64,000 nt of DNA. Source: Massalongia carnosa (taxonomy: Eukaryota). The stretch spans positions 1,674,001 to 1,738,000 of the forward strand of contig OZ287080.1 in the NCBI GenBank assembly GCA_965645245.1, read 5' to 3'. Below the pieces are notes generated by a model. The model searched no databases and had not been told where the DNA came from. It saw nothing but the letters and a program-made list of their open reading frames with translations. The stretch's first letter is position 1, and every line of letters starts with the position of its first letter. The position numbers and the translations under genes were made by a program. Below are positions 48,222-61,307 of this stretch, piece by piece.

Positions 48222-51032
48222 ATGGACCCGGGCCCCTCCGCTGCAGGCCCCGCTGTCGCAGATCCGGAGACGGCGGCGCCTCTTTCTTGGCCTCCTCCTG
48301 AGGCTTACGTTGATGTCGACGCCGTCAAGCGTGAGTCTCAGGCCTATGCCACCCACGGCAACAACGAGGCCGCCATGGCCGCCACCATGAGGCGCGTCCG
48401 CGGGATGCGGGAGGAGGATCGGAGGGCCAACACCCTTAAGACGTACCGCACGTGCTGGCATCTGTGGGAGGTGACTACGATAGGTATGCCCTGCAACTTT
48501 GGGCCTACGCTAACATCCTACAGAAGTGGTGCCGACGTCGCAATTTTCTTGACGGCGTCCTTGTGTGGGAGCGGAAGATGCTCCTCTTCCTCGAAGAGGT
48601 CGTCCTCCGCCTGCGCTTCGTCCCACGTCCCAAGCTCACAGGCGCAGCAGCGCAGGCCAGGCGGCGGGATCAGAATCGCCAACGGCAAGCTAAGCGCCGC
48701 GCGTTGAAGAGGGGGAAGGGGAAGGCGATGGAGGCGGTGGAAGCCTCGCCAGCGGTAGAGGGAGAGGAGCTGGAGTAGGTGGAAAAATTCGAGGAAATCT
48801 CCGACGGCGAGGAGCTCGTTGAGACGATGAGTCGGCCCCTGAACTCGAATTCAGGGATAGAATCATCTTTTTGTAGCTTACTGACTCGTCTTGCAGCAAG
48901 CCGACGACCCTTTATCCCGGCCCCTGGCGCCCGATAGCGTGGAATCGGGCTACGTCTCTGCCCTCCGCGCCCTCTTCGATGGCCAGCATCTCGAAAAGAA
49001 TTTGGTGGTGCCCCATCCCAGAGGGAAAGCCACCAAAGCCCTGATGACGCGCTTACGCATCGATTGGAGCGCTTTCAAACGGGCCTCGTTCGAGGATCGC
49101 GCGATCCACGGCCTCACCGACGGCTACACGATTGAGCAGGCCGCTCACTTTTCGGCAATGCTGCTCGCCGGGGGCAAGGTTTTGGGGGAGGAGGGCGTGG
49201 CGGGCGGCGAGTGGCACCTCCTGCGGACTCGCCTCGACTTCCTCCTAATGCATTCGATGATGCTGCGGGGGGAGTCAACGCGGAGGGCTGAGCTATCTGA
49301 CCTCTGCGCCTACGACCTCCCTAACGAGGGGTCCGAATGCCTTGCGTTGATCCTTCGAATTGGCTAGGGCAAGAGCATTCCTCTGGCGGACGGGGGCAAC
49401 TCGCGCCGCCAGCATTACTATGGTGCTTTGCGGAGCAGAGATGTCGTCCTTTGTCCTCTCGGCGCCCTCGCCCACTAGCTCGTCTTGTGCTAGGACCTCC
49501 TCCTAGAGAAGCAGCCAGACTTCCGGGATCGATCTTCGTGGTATTTCACGAAGGAAGGTCATCTCCGGGAGCCTGGCGCGATCTAAGGAGGAGATCTCCG
49601 ACAAAACACAGGCCCGATGGATCAAGCCGGCTTTGGATGCTGTCGGCGTCGACAGCTCCAAGACGGTCCACACCATGCGGCAGTCCTCGTCACGGCTGGC
49701 CGACATGTGGGAGGTCCCCGCGGACCAGGTAAGTACTCTACGATTCATGGCCCCTTATACTTACTAGCGTTACCCTTATATCAACTACTACAGATCATGA
49801 GAGCAGGCGGATGGGAACGTGGCGTCTGGGCCACTAACTACCTCACTCGCCTGCCGCGTGTCTACATGCGTCGCGCCGCCGGCTTTGGCAACTCCCCCGG
49901 GAGTTACTTTTTGAGAAGAGGACACTCACCGGATCTGGCCCTGCAGCGGCAGGTGTGGCCTTGGGTGGATGACGCTCTGGCGGCGTACAAAGGCGGTCTT
50001 TTTCCTGATGCGGATAAGGCAGGGAAGAAGGTTCTGGAGATGTTGCTGCAGCTGCGTTGTGTCTTCCTGCAAGACGCGGCGCTTCTACAGCCTCAGTTTC
50101 CTGAGCTTTCGCTCTGGAGACACCAAGTCTTCAGAGATCCCCTTTGGCCTGCGTTCGCGGCGAAGATACGGGAGTTGGAGGCTGTAGAAAAGGAACCTTT
50201 GCACGTGGCCATCCACGGCGTGCTGCCTCTTGTTGCTGACTCCGTTGATGGCGTCAGTAACAAGGTCAGCGGTGTTGCAATTAAGCAAGATCGCACGCTC
50301 AACGCTGTGGAGAGGTTACTCTCCGGGCAGAGCCAGCTGACGACCACCTTGAGTGCGCTGCCGGCGGCAAATGCCCAGGAGATAGCTCGAGTCCTGGGTT
50401 CGCAGCTCTCACAATTGCAGGCCACGGTCTCGACGCTGCTTCGATCCTTTCTGACGGTTCCTGTGGAGGCAGTTCGGAGGGACTGGCTGCTGGACGAGGC
50501 TTCTTGGCGAGGGCAGGCGACTGCTCTTGCGACGGCGGCGCACTCCGTTGGTGAAGAGCCTGCTGCGTCGGCGTCCTCGTACGTCGACGCAGTCGCTTCT
50601 CTCCTTCCTACACCTTCTGTCGTCCTCACTTCCGTCCCCGGAGAGACGTCTACGGTCTCTGCGCCCTGTGGCTCCCTCCCCCAAGAGGGGCCGCCTCAAC
50701 GTCCTCCTGGCTGCCCGGCGGAGCCCATTCTCGGCGGCGTGACCTCGGCGGAGGCGGTGTTGGAGGAATTCGCGTTGGGGACGTTGGTGGAGGGGGTCCA
50801 GCGTGCATCTCTCGACGAGTTGGACCGCCTCTTTGGGGCTAAGTGGAGGTACACTCCTGCCCTGAGGCAGCGGTTCTACGTCAAGAGACGGATCCGTCGG
50901 TACCTTCAGGGGAAGGCGAATGAGCAGGGGAGGGATCCGTGGGATATTGCGCGGGAAGTTGACAGTTTGGGGCTCTCTGGACATCAGATCTCTAAGCGTA
51001 TTGACGCTGGAGAGGATCTGCTTCGTAGATAG
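48222..51032 (+). pseudogene. CryptonF tyrosine recombinase (Ndc10-II-like YR domain plus GCR1_C-like domain), 4 exons, several stops and a 4-bp duplication
   Basis: R-H-R-W-Y catalytic motifs (MMLRGESTR, VHTMR, AGGW, NYL); C-terminal VLEEFALG...LDRLFGAKWR...FYVKRR; introns 48471-48523, ~48829-48896 and 49729-49793. Element ends are not defined (roughly 47900-51590). Confidence 0.88.
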
Positions 51033-52057
51033 GCCAATGGTACCTCTCTTTCTCTCTACGAGTACTAGTCATGGAGGCCTGTAACACCGTTTCTACTAAG
51101 AAGAGATCACTCGTAATGTTCCTGTAGTACCTCCTTCTCGTTCCTGTGACTGGGTGGGACATCTTGTGACGAGGCGTGCAACTGCACCACGTATCGCGCC
51201 ATCAGTGCTACGTTAATTCTACTCGGGGTAAGATGTTTCTTCTATTCAGAAGAAGCTCTTTTCAGCAAACCCAGTTTCAAAATTCTAGCAAAACCCCTTT
51301 GTGGTTCGATTGCGAAGCGCAAATGTCGACCTTCGCAACGACCAGGGCCAAGCAGGGCGTCAGTTTTGCACGGCGATCCTACACTTCACAGCACGTCAAA
51401 TCAGACAATTCAGGCGCGGGTCTACTCGTTGAAGGATGCTCTATTTGACGGTTTAAATTGCTTCAAAATAAAATTTTTTCTCGCTGCGCGAGACTACAAC
51501 TTCAGGTTACTAAGGCTATTTGGCGTGACAAGAAAAATCGCGGGATTTAGGATTTTAAACGCCGCTAAGTATCACGGGCGATAATTATGGCTTAGCAGAG
51601 GGTGACCAGTTATGGGACAAAGACTGCTGAACAACAGCACTCTTCATCCTTAACATCACGGTCACACATACCATTTATGTCATAGCCATATAGCCATAGT
51701 CATATACCTATTTCAACACAAACTCCTGTTATTCATTCGCGATCCCGTTTTGTTTCTTCAGACGCTCCCATTTTTTCTCCTATCGTTTCCGAATTTCGGG
51801 TTGACGCGTTATCGGGTGCAAAAATTAAATATTTATCGCTCGCAAGAGAAACGCTTGCTGAATATATCAACGTGAACTCGATACAGGAATGTTAACGGAA
51901 GATATTTTGACGAAAAAAATTGACGATGAATAGATAAGACTCGAGACGGACGAGCTTATAATCACGTCAAACGACATATATTAGAAAAATCGGGTTGGAA
52001 GGGAGAAACGGAGTCGATTATTTTTACGCTTCTAGAGTGCCTCATTATCGACAGCTT

Positions 52058-52806
52058 TGTTAAATGGCGGCTGCTCTTGATACCCCCGACATTTAGCGTC
52101 AACGGGTATCGCTTAATCGGCGCTAAGCCGGTTCATTGAACACGGAGAGAAAATTTCAATGAACCCCTTACAGTGTAACTAGACAATATAGTCAATGCGA
52201 TCACCTGCGATGAGATACTCCTTTTAACTGGTTATGAGCCCGGCTAGCAAGCAGCTTCCGAATCAGAGAAGGATACAACTCTTCGCAAAAAATTCGCTAT
52301 CCCGGCAGCTTGACTACGAGTCCTTTAGTTGGAAAAATCAGCACTCCGGCAGCTTGACTACGGATCCTTTGGTAGGGAAAAATCAGCATCTCGGCAACTT
52401 TCTACGGATCTCTTTGGTAGGGAAAAATCAGCATCTCGGCAGCTTACTACGAGTCTTTTGATAGGAAGAATTAGCATTATGGCAGCTTGATACGGAAACA
52501 AGTACAAATCACAAATTACAAAATGACATCCATAGCAGACGACTTGGCCAAAAGGAGGCCTTTGCCTATCCTATCTAGAGAGAACTATCAAAGATGGTTC
52601 GAGTTGGCAGAGATGAACTTCGAGGCAGAAGGCATATCCCACACTATCAGCGAGCCTTACCCAGCACCTGACCCAACGGCACTCCTCCAAGAGCAAATGG
52701 ATAAGCTCAATATCGATAAAAAAGTAATAGGCACTCCCAAAGCTTCACCAATTCCTCCTACTCCAACGATTCCAATCGCGACAATGGAGAAATGGAGGAA
52801 GGACAT
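52058..52806 (+). mobile_element. 5' end of a Ty1/Copia element: LTR 52058-52229, PBS, tandem-repeat leader and truncated gag
   Basis: TGTTAA...TTAACT followed by GGTTATGAGCCC, typical of fungal Copia internal starts; ~45-bp repeats at 52280-52495; gag-like LPILSRENYQRWF. Confidence 0.72.
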
Positions 52807-52920
52807 GTTGAACCTAGTGAGGTTCGTGAGTAGAGGTGAATTCTTGATAATATGAATCTCTAGAAGGAAAGCTCTATCTCAGTAGCTAATATTACATTAT
52901 GTGCGGCGAGCTAGCCCACA

Positions 52921-54991
52921 CTAAATATTTTTTCCGTGTCCGTTTAGATCCATGCTTACTTCGGCCGCATGAGTGATGTTTCCAGTCAGGGCCGGTTGAC
53001 CGTCAAAACCTTCGAGGCGTCGAGCGTATTTCAGAGGATGAAGAGGGATTTGATTAGTTTGCGCGAATTTCTTGTCAATGAATGCATAGCCGGATGCACC
53101 ACAGTCAATCAAACTAAGAGTTTGAATTCGAGATCTACCGAGACGTAAAGTACATGAAACCACTAAGTGGCTATCTCTAAACGTCTCTTCAGACTCAAAT
53201 TGCTCCAAAGCGGTTGCTGCAGAAAAGCGAGTGTTTGATCGGAGGGGGGGAGAAAAAGAATTGGCTAGCAGACAAGAAGAAATGAGAAATGGTTCCTGCG
53301 CGCGACGATGCGCAGGACCTAGGCTTTTTTCGAGTCTTCGAGCTCGGAAATGGAGGTCGTATCTGATGAGCGAAGACTGGTTTTCTTATTAGGACAGTCG
53401 ATGGCTGTCTTCCCCGGGTGTTTTGCTTGCAATAATGGCAGAGATTCCATTTATCACAGATATCCCTCACCCCTTCCGTTTTCAGAGATTTACCTTTGAC
53501 GGCTGCCATAGCCTGGCTCAGGTCCATGGGATCTCCGATAGAAGAAGTTGGGACTGGTGCGGAAGGGATATCTGGTATGCGAGCAAGGGGTGCGGCGAGA
53601 GTGATGGTCGCGTTATCCTTTCGCTGAGACGAGGTGGTTGTGGATGTCGGGATAGTCCTGTTGTTGGGAGCCAGGTGTTTGATCTGGCGAATTTTCCGAT
53701 CGGTATTCAACCACATTGCGACATGTTGATCGAAGGTGACTGGTTCCAGGTTGGTTCCGGGGACTCGATAATGGACGGCGGCGGCTTGAATGACATAATT
53801 GATGTTGGACTTCATGGCATCAATTAGAGAAGCATCCTCCATTTTGGAGCGATCCTTTTTCTGGGCGAATAGGTTATAGTACTCTTCGAAACTCAGAGTA
53901 CCCTGTTTAAGGGTTTCGCGAAGATACTTGCGAGTATCTTCCTGCTCGAAGGGGTTACCGCAAGCCTTACGAAGAGCGGTACGCCATTCGAAGAAGGTCT
54001 TCAGCGTGCAGATGCCGTCTAATGGATAGGCATTCATGAGGTTGTGAGCTCTTTTCCCAATGGTGGGTCGGTTCTCCGCATAGGCGATCTTGGCGACGTC
54101 GGTTGGATAACGATCATGATTAACATGCATTCGCTGGATCAGGCTTTGTTCCCAGGAGTCCAATATGGCTTCCTCACCATCGTATTCGGAGATGTTAGGG
54201 AGCTTCTCGGAACGGATATCGACGGGTTTCTTGGCTAAGAGGATCTTCATCACCTCAGCCAGCTGAGAGTCCAAGGTGGGATTGATAGCAGGAGCGGGGA
54301 CGGGAGTGGGGACAGGAGCCTGAGTCGACAAAGCATCGATTCGTCGATGAAGTTCCGCATTCTCGGCTTGCATGCGAGCGATGCTATCAACGAGTCCTTG
54401 AGGGTTGTCGTTGATATGTCCTTGAAGATATTCTGCGGCGGTTTGAGTTGATTCGGTATCCATTTGATCAGTCATGACGATGGATTATGGGAGAGGAGAT
54501 AGATCGAAAAAAAAAGCTTTGGAGGGCACTTATAATGATCAGGTCCGACGTAATGTCAAGGACTGGGTTGGGAATTGAACTAGTGTTCCTAGGAATTGGA
54601 TTGGATGATCAAGATGTCTTTATTAATGAGGCTATAGCTAGGAGGTGGTTTGCTATACAAGACGTCGGACGAGGAGTCAACTATCTACAGGATATGTCCT
54701 CTTTTTATACCTGAGCCAGCCCCTTCTTTCTCATGTTTTACCTTCACCCTAGATGAGAGATTTTGGTGATGGTGGCGGCGATAAGGTGGAGCGATAAGTG
54801 GGCCAGTGGATGTGATCGTTCCAGCGATAAGAGGGTATAGTGGAGTGAGGAGATTGGTGGAGTGGAGTAAGGGGTTTATTCAGACTCATACCGAGCATGA
54901 ATCTGAATAGGCTTTCAGGTGGCTTTTACCTCGATCGCCGCTTGACGGTTCGGTAATCATTAGGTTTTAACTCAAACTTTATTTCATGACA
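52921..54991 (-). mobile_element. Truncated Ty3/Gypsy element: 5' LTR 54554-54991, gag, and protease
   Basis: TGTCA...TGACA LTR; gag RSEKLPNISEYDG with a frameshifted CHYC knuckle; protease LIDCGASGYAFID; RT and integrase are missing. Confidence 0.88.
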
Positions 54992-55364
54992 GGTATGGAT
55001 CTCATCTAACGTATGGATTTGAGGAATATTCGAAAGAAAATAAGATCTGTTTATTCAGATTATGTCAGGCAGCTTGCCCTGATATTATTCAGTAGCTATG
55101 AACTAGAATTTAACTACAAGGAAGGAAAGAAAAGAATAATCATCGCTGAACTCCTAAACATAATCTACGGTGGTGCGCTAGCCAGTCAAGCGACGCGCGC
55201 TACTGCTTAGACGAGTCACGCTGTCCCGTGACCACCAGAGCATGTCGGGTTCAGGCCAGGACCCTGACACTACCCCCTTCTATGGACGACGTCTCGGAGT
55301 CGTGAATAATCCGCTCCGTTCATCCAGTTCTTGACTAAAGAAATGAATAATCCCTTATTCGAAG

Positions 55365-58300
55365 CTAAGCCTCATCGGGTCCATCTACGGTTTCCGTAGA
55401 TGGTCTGACGTTATCGATCGTCTGATCCATCCCTGTGAGGTCCTCTGGCGCCTTCGGTTTTCGAGGATGTTCTCTATGATATTGCAGAACCTTTTCGATG
55501 GACTTTCTGAAGTCGGTCCATGATTGCCAAGGTGGGTCGGCGTTCCATTCGTCCCAATTTCCAATATATGTGGCCTTATACTGTACCCCAAATTTCCTTG
55601 TCTCTCGATAGTCCACTATCTCTAAGATTTCCCACTCTTCATGTGTTGCCTCCTCATCGTTCTCGGCGATCAAGACAGGTGGGCCGGGAGGCAGTACTTA
55701 CCCTGGGAATGGATTGGACGGAGCGAGATGCAACTTCCATGGATGAAATATTGGGGTGAGTCCCACATTTTTTAAATGCTGTGGTATGTCAGGCTCATAT
55801 GCCTTGTTATCGATTATCCTAACAATTTTCCAGGGACCAACGTTTTTAAACCCGAGGGAACGACTTGGACGCTCTGATGCGAAATGTTTAGCATTAACGT
55901 ACACTAAACCGCCCACTTTGTATTCTGGGTGTGGTTGACGATCTTTGTTAGCCTGTCGTGTTTGTTCTTCCTGGGCCCATGTTAGCTGAATTCTTAACCA
56001 TTCTCGCATTGCTTCCTGGCGAGCGACTATTTTGTCAGCATGAAGTATCTCGGCTTTTCCCTTTTCTTCATATGTTCCTGGAGGCTCTATTCCCGAACGA
56101 AGATGAAAGCCGTGATCTGCGAAGAATGGTGTCATTCCTATCGAAACGTTAACATGATTGTTGACGGCGAACTCGGCATCTGAAAGATAGTCGACCCAGT
56201 TGTCCTGAGCATAAATGATGTATGATCGAAGGTAGTTCTTCATTACTTTATTTGCATTCTCAGTTTGACCATCCATTTCTGGATGATGCGTTGAAGAGAA
56301 CTTTATCTTTACTCCGTATCTTTCACAAATTCTTTTCCACAGATGAGCAGTCAGCTAACTGCCTCGATCGTTTACCGTTGACAATGGAAAGCCATACGAG
56401 GAGAAGAGTCGTCGAGACATGGCGTCCATTAATTCGTCGGTGGAGAGTGACGTAAGCGGTTCGTATAATCGTCTTTTGGTTAGACGGTCTACTATCACTA
56501 ATATGTGTTGATACACTCTATTCCTTCGCCGACATTCTGGCAAAAACTCCACAAAATCTAAAGAGACGTCTGTCCATTTCCTGTTTGGTATGGGTAGAGG
56601 ATTCAGTAAGCCTTGTTTCTTGACATTGTATGATTTTGACCTTCGACAAATGGAGCAGTTCACTGCGTATCTTTTGCAGTGATCCTTCATGTCGAACCAG
56701 AAGTAGTTTTCCATCAGTGACTGATACATGCTTTTATATCCCGGGTGTCCTTGCAGAGGAGGTTCGTGATGTTTCTGCAACAGGCATAATTGAAGGGGTT
56801 CATGATCTGGGACATACAGCCTTTCTTTGACATATAGTCTTTCATCTTTCACTTTGAGATCTCCCATGGCTAATTTGATCCCTTTCTTTATAAGATGCGA
56901 TGGAAGCTTGCGAAGTTCTCGTGTTTTGGCAGCGATTATGTCTTGAACTACTTCATCTTTTTCATAAATTTCTTCAATTAGTTCTTCTAGAGGTTTCGCT
57001 GATGGATCTTCTTCCGAATCGTCGCCTAGTTCTTTCACCGGATTTTCATTTAAAATCTGACTCTGAGCCTCTTCATCGTCCTCGATGTCCTGAGGTTCTT
57101 CAGCTTCTTCGTCAGTGTCATTTGTTCTTGTGTTTGCACAGAAGATCACTGATAAAGCCTTCTTTACGTCATCGTCCAGTTGATGCTCCTGTAGCAATGT
57201 CTGGAATTGATGTTGTTGTCGAGAGTCGTCAAACCCTTTTGGAAGATCTTGAGAACGTCGAGTAAGTGTGTCCGGCTTTTCGCCTTGTCTGCCCGGTCGA
57301 TACATGATTTTGAAATTGAACTCCGAAAGGAATTCAGCCCATCGGGCCTGTCTGCGCTTCAATTGCTTTGTCGTCATAAAGTGTTCTAGGTTTTTATGAT
57401 CAGTATAAACTTTGATTGGCTGGTCAGGCGCAGCACTTGCTGCCTCGGGCCGCCAGACTTCGAAGCTCTTTATGATAGCGAGGAGTTCCTTATCATATAT
57501 CATATAATTACATTCGGCCGGTGTCATCTTCTTGGAGAAATATGCTACCGGTCTGAGCACTCCGTCATGCATCTGAGATAAGACTCCGGCAGTGACGAAA
57601 TCCGAAGAGTCTGTTTCTATCCATGTCTCTAGAGAAGGATCGTAGTGCGCTAACACTGGTGCAGTAGTGAAGGCCTCTTTCAAATCTTCGAAAGCTTTTT
57701 TACAATCTTCGGTCCAGATGAACACGTTATATCGGGTTCTCTTCTTGCCCGACTTGGTCGTTATTTGTTCCCCTTTTGTTAATTCCGTCAGAGACCTTGT
57801 ACGCTGAGAAAACTTTGATATGAATCGTCGATAGAAGTTTGCAAAGCCTAGAAAAGCTTGCACGTCCTTCACGGACTCCGGAGTTTCCCATTTCAAAATC
57901 GCTTCAATCTTCTCGGAATCCATTTGTATTCCTTCAGTGGTGACTATAAGTCCGAGGTATTTTACTTTAGTCACCGAGAATTCACATTTGTCAATGTCAA
58001 CTTGGAGTCCTCGTTCCCCCAAGCGTTTAAGAACCTTCAAGACGTGATCTGAATGTTCTTCCTCATTATCACAGTAGATCAAGACGTCATCCAGATAAGC
58101 AGTACAAAAGACGTCTAAATATTCCCGAACCGAATTATTTATATAACTCTGAAAAGTCCCTGGAGCATTGCATAAACCGAAAGGCATGACCAGATATTCG
58201 AACTGGCCATATCTTGTGTTAAAAGCGGTAAGCCATTCATGTCCTTCTTTTACTCGAAGACGATTGAATGCCGTAATAACGTCTAGTTTCGTGAAGCGTT

Positions 58301-59357
58301 TTGCCTGCGAGAGTTTTCCGAGCGTCTCGTTAATTAGGGGAATAGGATATCGATTCTTTACTGTGATGGTATTCAAGGCTCGATAGTCCACACAAAATCT
58401 CAGTCCACCACCTGGTTTTCGAACTAGAAGGACTGGAGCAGCTGCTGTCGACGAACTAGGACGAATGAATTCCTTTCCCATATGTTCGTCAATATACTTC
58501 TTGACAGCTTCCAACTCCTGTTCTGACATAGGCTTATAGTTCCTGACATAAGGGGGTTCTTTTCCGTCCATGAGGTTGATCTCGTGATCCTCCTTACGAT
58601 GTTCCGGTAGTTCGTCTGCTTTATGCTTCATAAAGACTTCTATCATGCTATGATACTCTGAGGGAATTTTCTTCAACAATTCTTCGCGGGAGTACTCGGG
58701 TTTGCCTTTCATAAACTTGTCATAATCCTTTGAGGTGACGGCCCCAGTGGTTGTGGCACAGAAGGTCTTATGTTCTCGGGGAGTCCATAAATATCCCTCG
58801 TGATCTTTCTTCCTAACCATCCGAAAGAAATGTTTCACATTGACCGGAAGGACTTCGATATCGTCTTTTGTTCCGATCCTATTCTTTGCCCTACTTCCAA
58901 CAGCAAATTCGGTGCAGGTTATTCCACGCGAAAGGCATCCCATTTCCAAGCAATCGGCAGAGTTAAACTTCATAATTCGCTCTTTCCAGTCAATGCTGGG
59001 GTTGTGAGTTTGTAGCCACCCATCTCCTAGAATAATCGCGTACACGTCCAGTTTTGCTACATAGCAAAGGACTTTTTCTTGATGATCCCCGATTTTGACG
59101 TCGACTAGGGCGGTCCTCGTGAGAAGTTGGGCAACCTCTCCGTTTCCAAGGGTCAGTTTAACCCTCGTTTCTAATTTAGAGGTGTTCAGTTTATTTATAC
59201 GCGCGAAGGATTCATCAATGAGCTCAGCCTCACTTCCATTATCAACAAGTAAACGAGTTATAATTCCAGCTATGCTAGTTTTAAATACTAGATGCTTGCC
59301 CTCGATCTTCTTTTCAGTATCGAGAACAGCACAACTAGAGACCCTTACTGTCTTCAT
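55365..59357 (-). pseudogene. Gypsy pol (PR-RT-RH-IN-chromodomain) with an in-frame stop at 56355 and frameshifts
   Basis: ORFs 56355-59357, 55698-56276 and 55365-55673 carry consecutive pol domains. Confidence 0.92.
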
Positions 59358-61307
59358 TTCAGCGCTACCAATTTCACAAATGACATCTTTCTTAAGACGT
59401 CCTTGATCGCGATTTTGATCAAGGACTAAGCTTTTCCCGACTCGGAGTCAGAGTCTATCTCAACAATTCTTGTAGTGTTAAGCTGTTTTTCTTTAAATTG
59501 AGGGCAGATCGAGTCGTTTCCTCGATGACCTGACCCCCGACATGCCCAACAGCGTCCCTGACGCGACAATGTCTCTCGCTCTTCTTTCTCCAACTTTTTG
59601 GGGTTGGGGTCAGGATCGTACTAAACCCCTATCCAACTAGCGGGTTTGACTATCGTGGCGCTGAACTTGGAGTTTGGATGATCACCCGACTTCTTCTCTT
59701 TTGCACTCGATTGACGAGAATCGGAAATGGAGGTTTGTCCACTCGAGGACTTGCCTTTGCGACCAGAGTTCTTTGACGGACCAGACTTCTCTGGCCGAGG
59801 AAAGTAGTGAGCGATATCCTTGCGTCGATCTTCGATTCTCCTAGCTTCATCGAGCAAGGGACGAAAGTCGGTGAAAACTGAACCCATCAGTGAATTAGAG
59901 ATGTTTGGCTTCAATGTTACAAGAAACTTCTCTATCCTCTCGTCGATGGGGGTTTTGGCCTTTTGCCAAAGCTTAAAAATTCGATGAAGTACTCGCTTAC
60001 ACTTTCACCACTTTTCATTGTGATGGTGATGAGTTCTTTCTTAGCATCTCGACTCTGGAGATGTATGCCCATATAATGTTCGATCTCGTCGAACAGAGCG
60101 TCAATGGTGAGAGAGCCGCCCATGTCGACGACCCAGGAGTGCATAGCCCCAAAGATAGGCGCTTCCATCTGCGATAGAGCATAACTGACCTTTTCGCCCT
60201 CGTTGGCGTAAAGCGGAGAATCGGTCTTAAGCTTGTTTCGGACTGAGTATTGCCAAGGACTATATTCCTCAGCGTCTCCGCCTTTCAGAGGCTTGCTGGG
60301 GTGAATGCCACGTGGACGCCAGTTCTCTGGATTTATAGTGGTGCTCTGGGTTGTAGCCGTGTCCTCCCGTTGGCCACGAGAGGGGTCGGGAGCTGCTAGA
60401 CATCGCTCAAGTTTCTCCTTCTCTTTCTGTAAGTCCTGTTGGGCCCGGAGGGCTTCTTCCAACTCAATTTCTTTATGCGAAAGCTCTTCCTGAGCAAGAA
60501 GGATTTGGCGTTCGTCTTCATCCTTTTCGTCAGCGAAACGGTCATTAATCTGCTTATATTGTTCTAAATACTTCTTGGTCTTGATAAGCTTCATGAAGTG
60601 CGAAGCTTTTTTCGTACAGTATTTTGTCATAGGGAATTGCTCTGGAAAAAAACTCATACCAACGAGGACCTTCGTTTACGTCTAGGACGGCATTTCGGAA
60701 GTCTTTTAGGTTGCGAATTTTGTATCGTGCGGGATGTTTCCGAGTTTCTCGTTCGTAGTATGGATGTTCCGAGATGTCAATCTCGCGAGTCCCTTCCTTC
60801 TCATTTCCTGACCCAGCCTTCGGGGTCTTTTCTAGTATGCATTCTGTCTCGTCTCCATCTGCTCACCGGGTGTAAGCTCGGAGTCTTCGGACGTCCCTAG
60901 CATACTATCAGAGCGAGCCGAATGACGGGACATGGAACGGGCGCGAGTGTTAAAGGCAGGGCCTGCTTGAGCGTCTTCGCGAGGAGCGCCGGCCTTTCGA
61001 GCAGTCAGGGGAGTTTTCGAACTCATGACTGTGTTCTGGAGGTGAAAGAGCTCTGTCTTTCGATTCTGGAAGTTCTAAAGGTTCTGGAGTGAGGACCAGC
61101 TTGGATTCTCACGAGTGGTCGTTCTGGAAAGCTAAAGGAGCAGGTCGTTGTCCCTTTCTAAATGTACTGAAAGTTCTAGAAGACTGGAAGAGTTCTAATA
61201 AGCATTAAAGGTAGTTAAATTATGTCAGGCAGCTTGCCCTGATATTATTCAGTAGCTATAAACTAGAATTTAACTACAAGGAAGGAAAGAAAAGAATAAT
61301 CATCGCT

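Noticed and set aside
47676..48707. 343-aa ORF as one gene
   Set aside because: Chimeric read-through of antisense Gypsy scrap, Crypton leader, exon 1 and an unspliced intron; the real start is 48222
45520..51032. Starship captain (DUF3435) call for the tyrosine recombinase
   Set aside because: The motifs and the C-terminal GCR1-like domain fit CryptonF/Ndc10-like YRs; no Starship boundary or other typical cargo is recognisable
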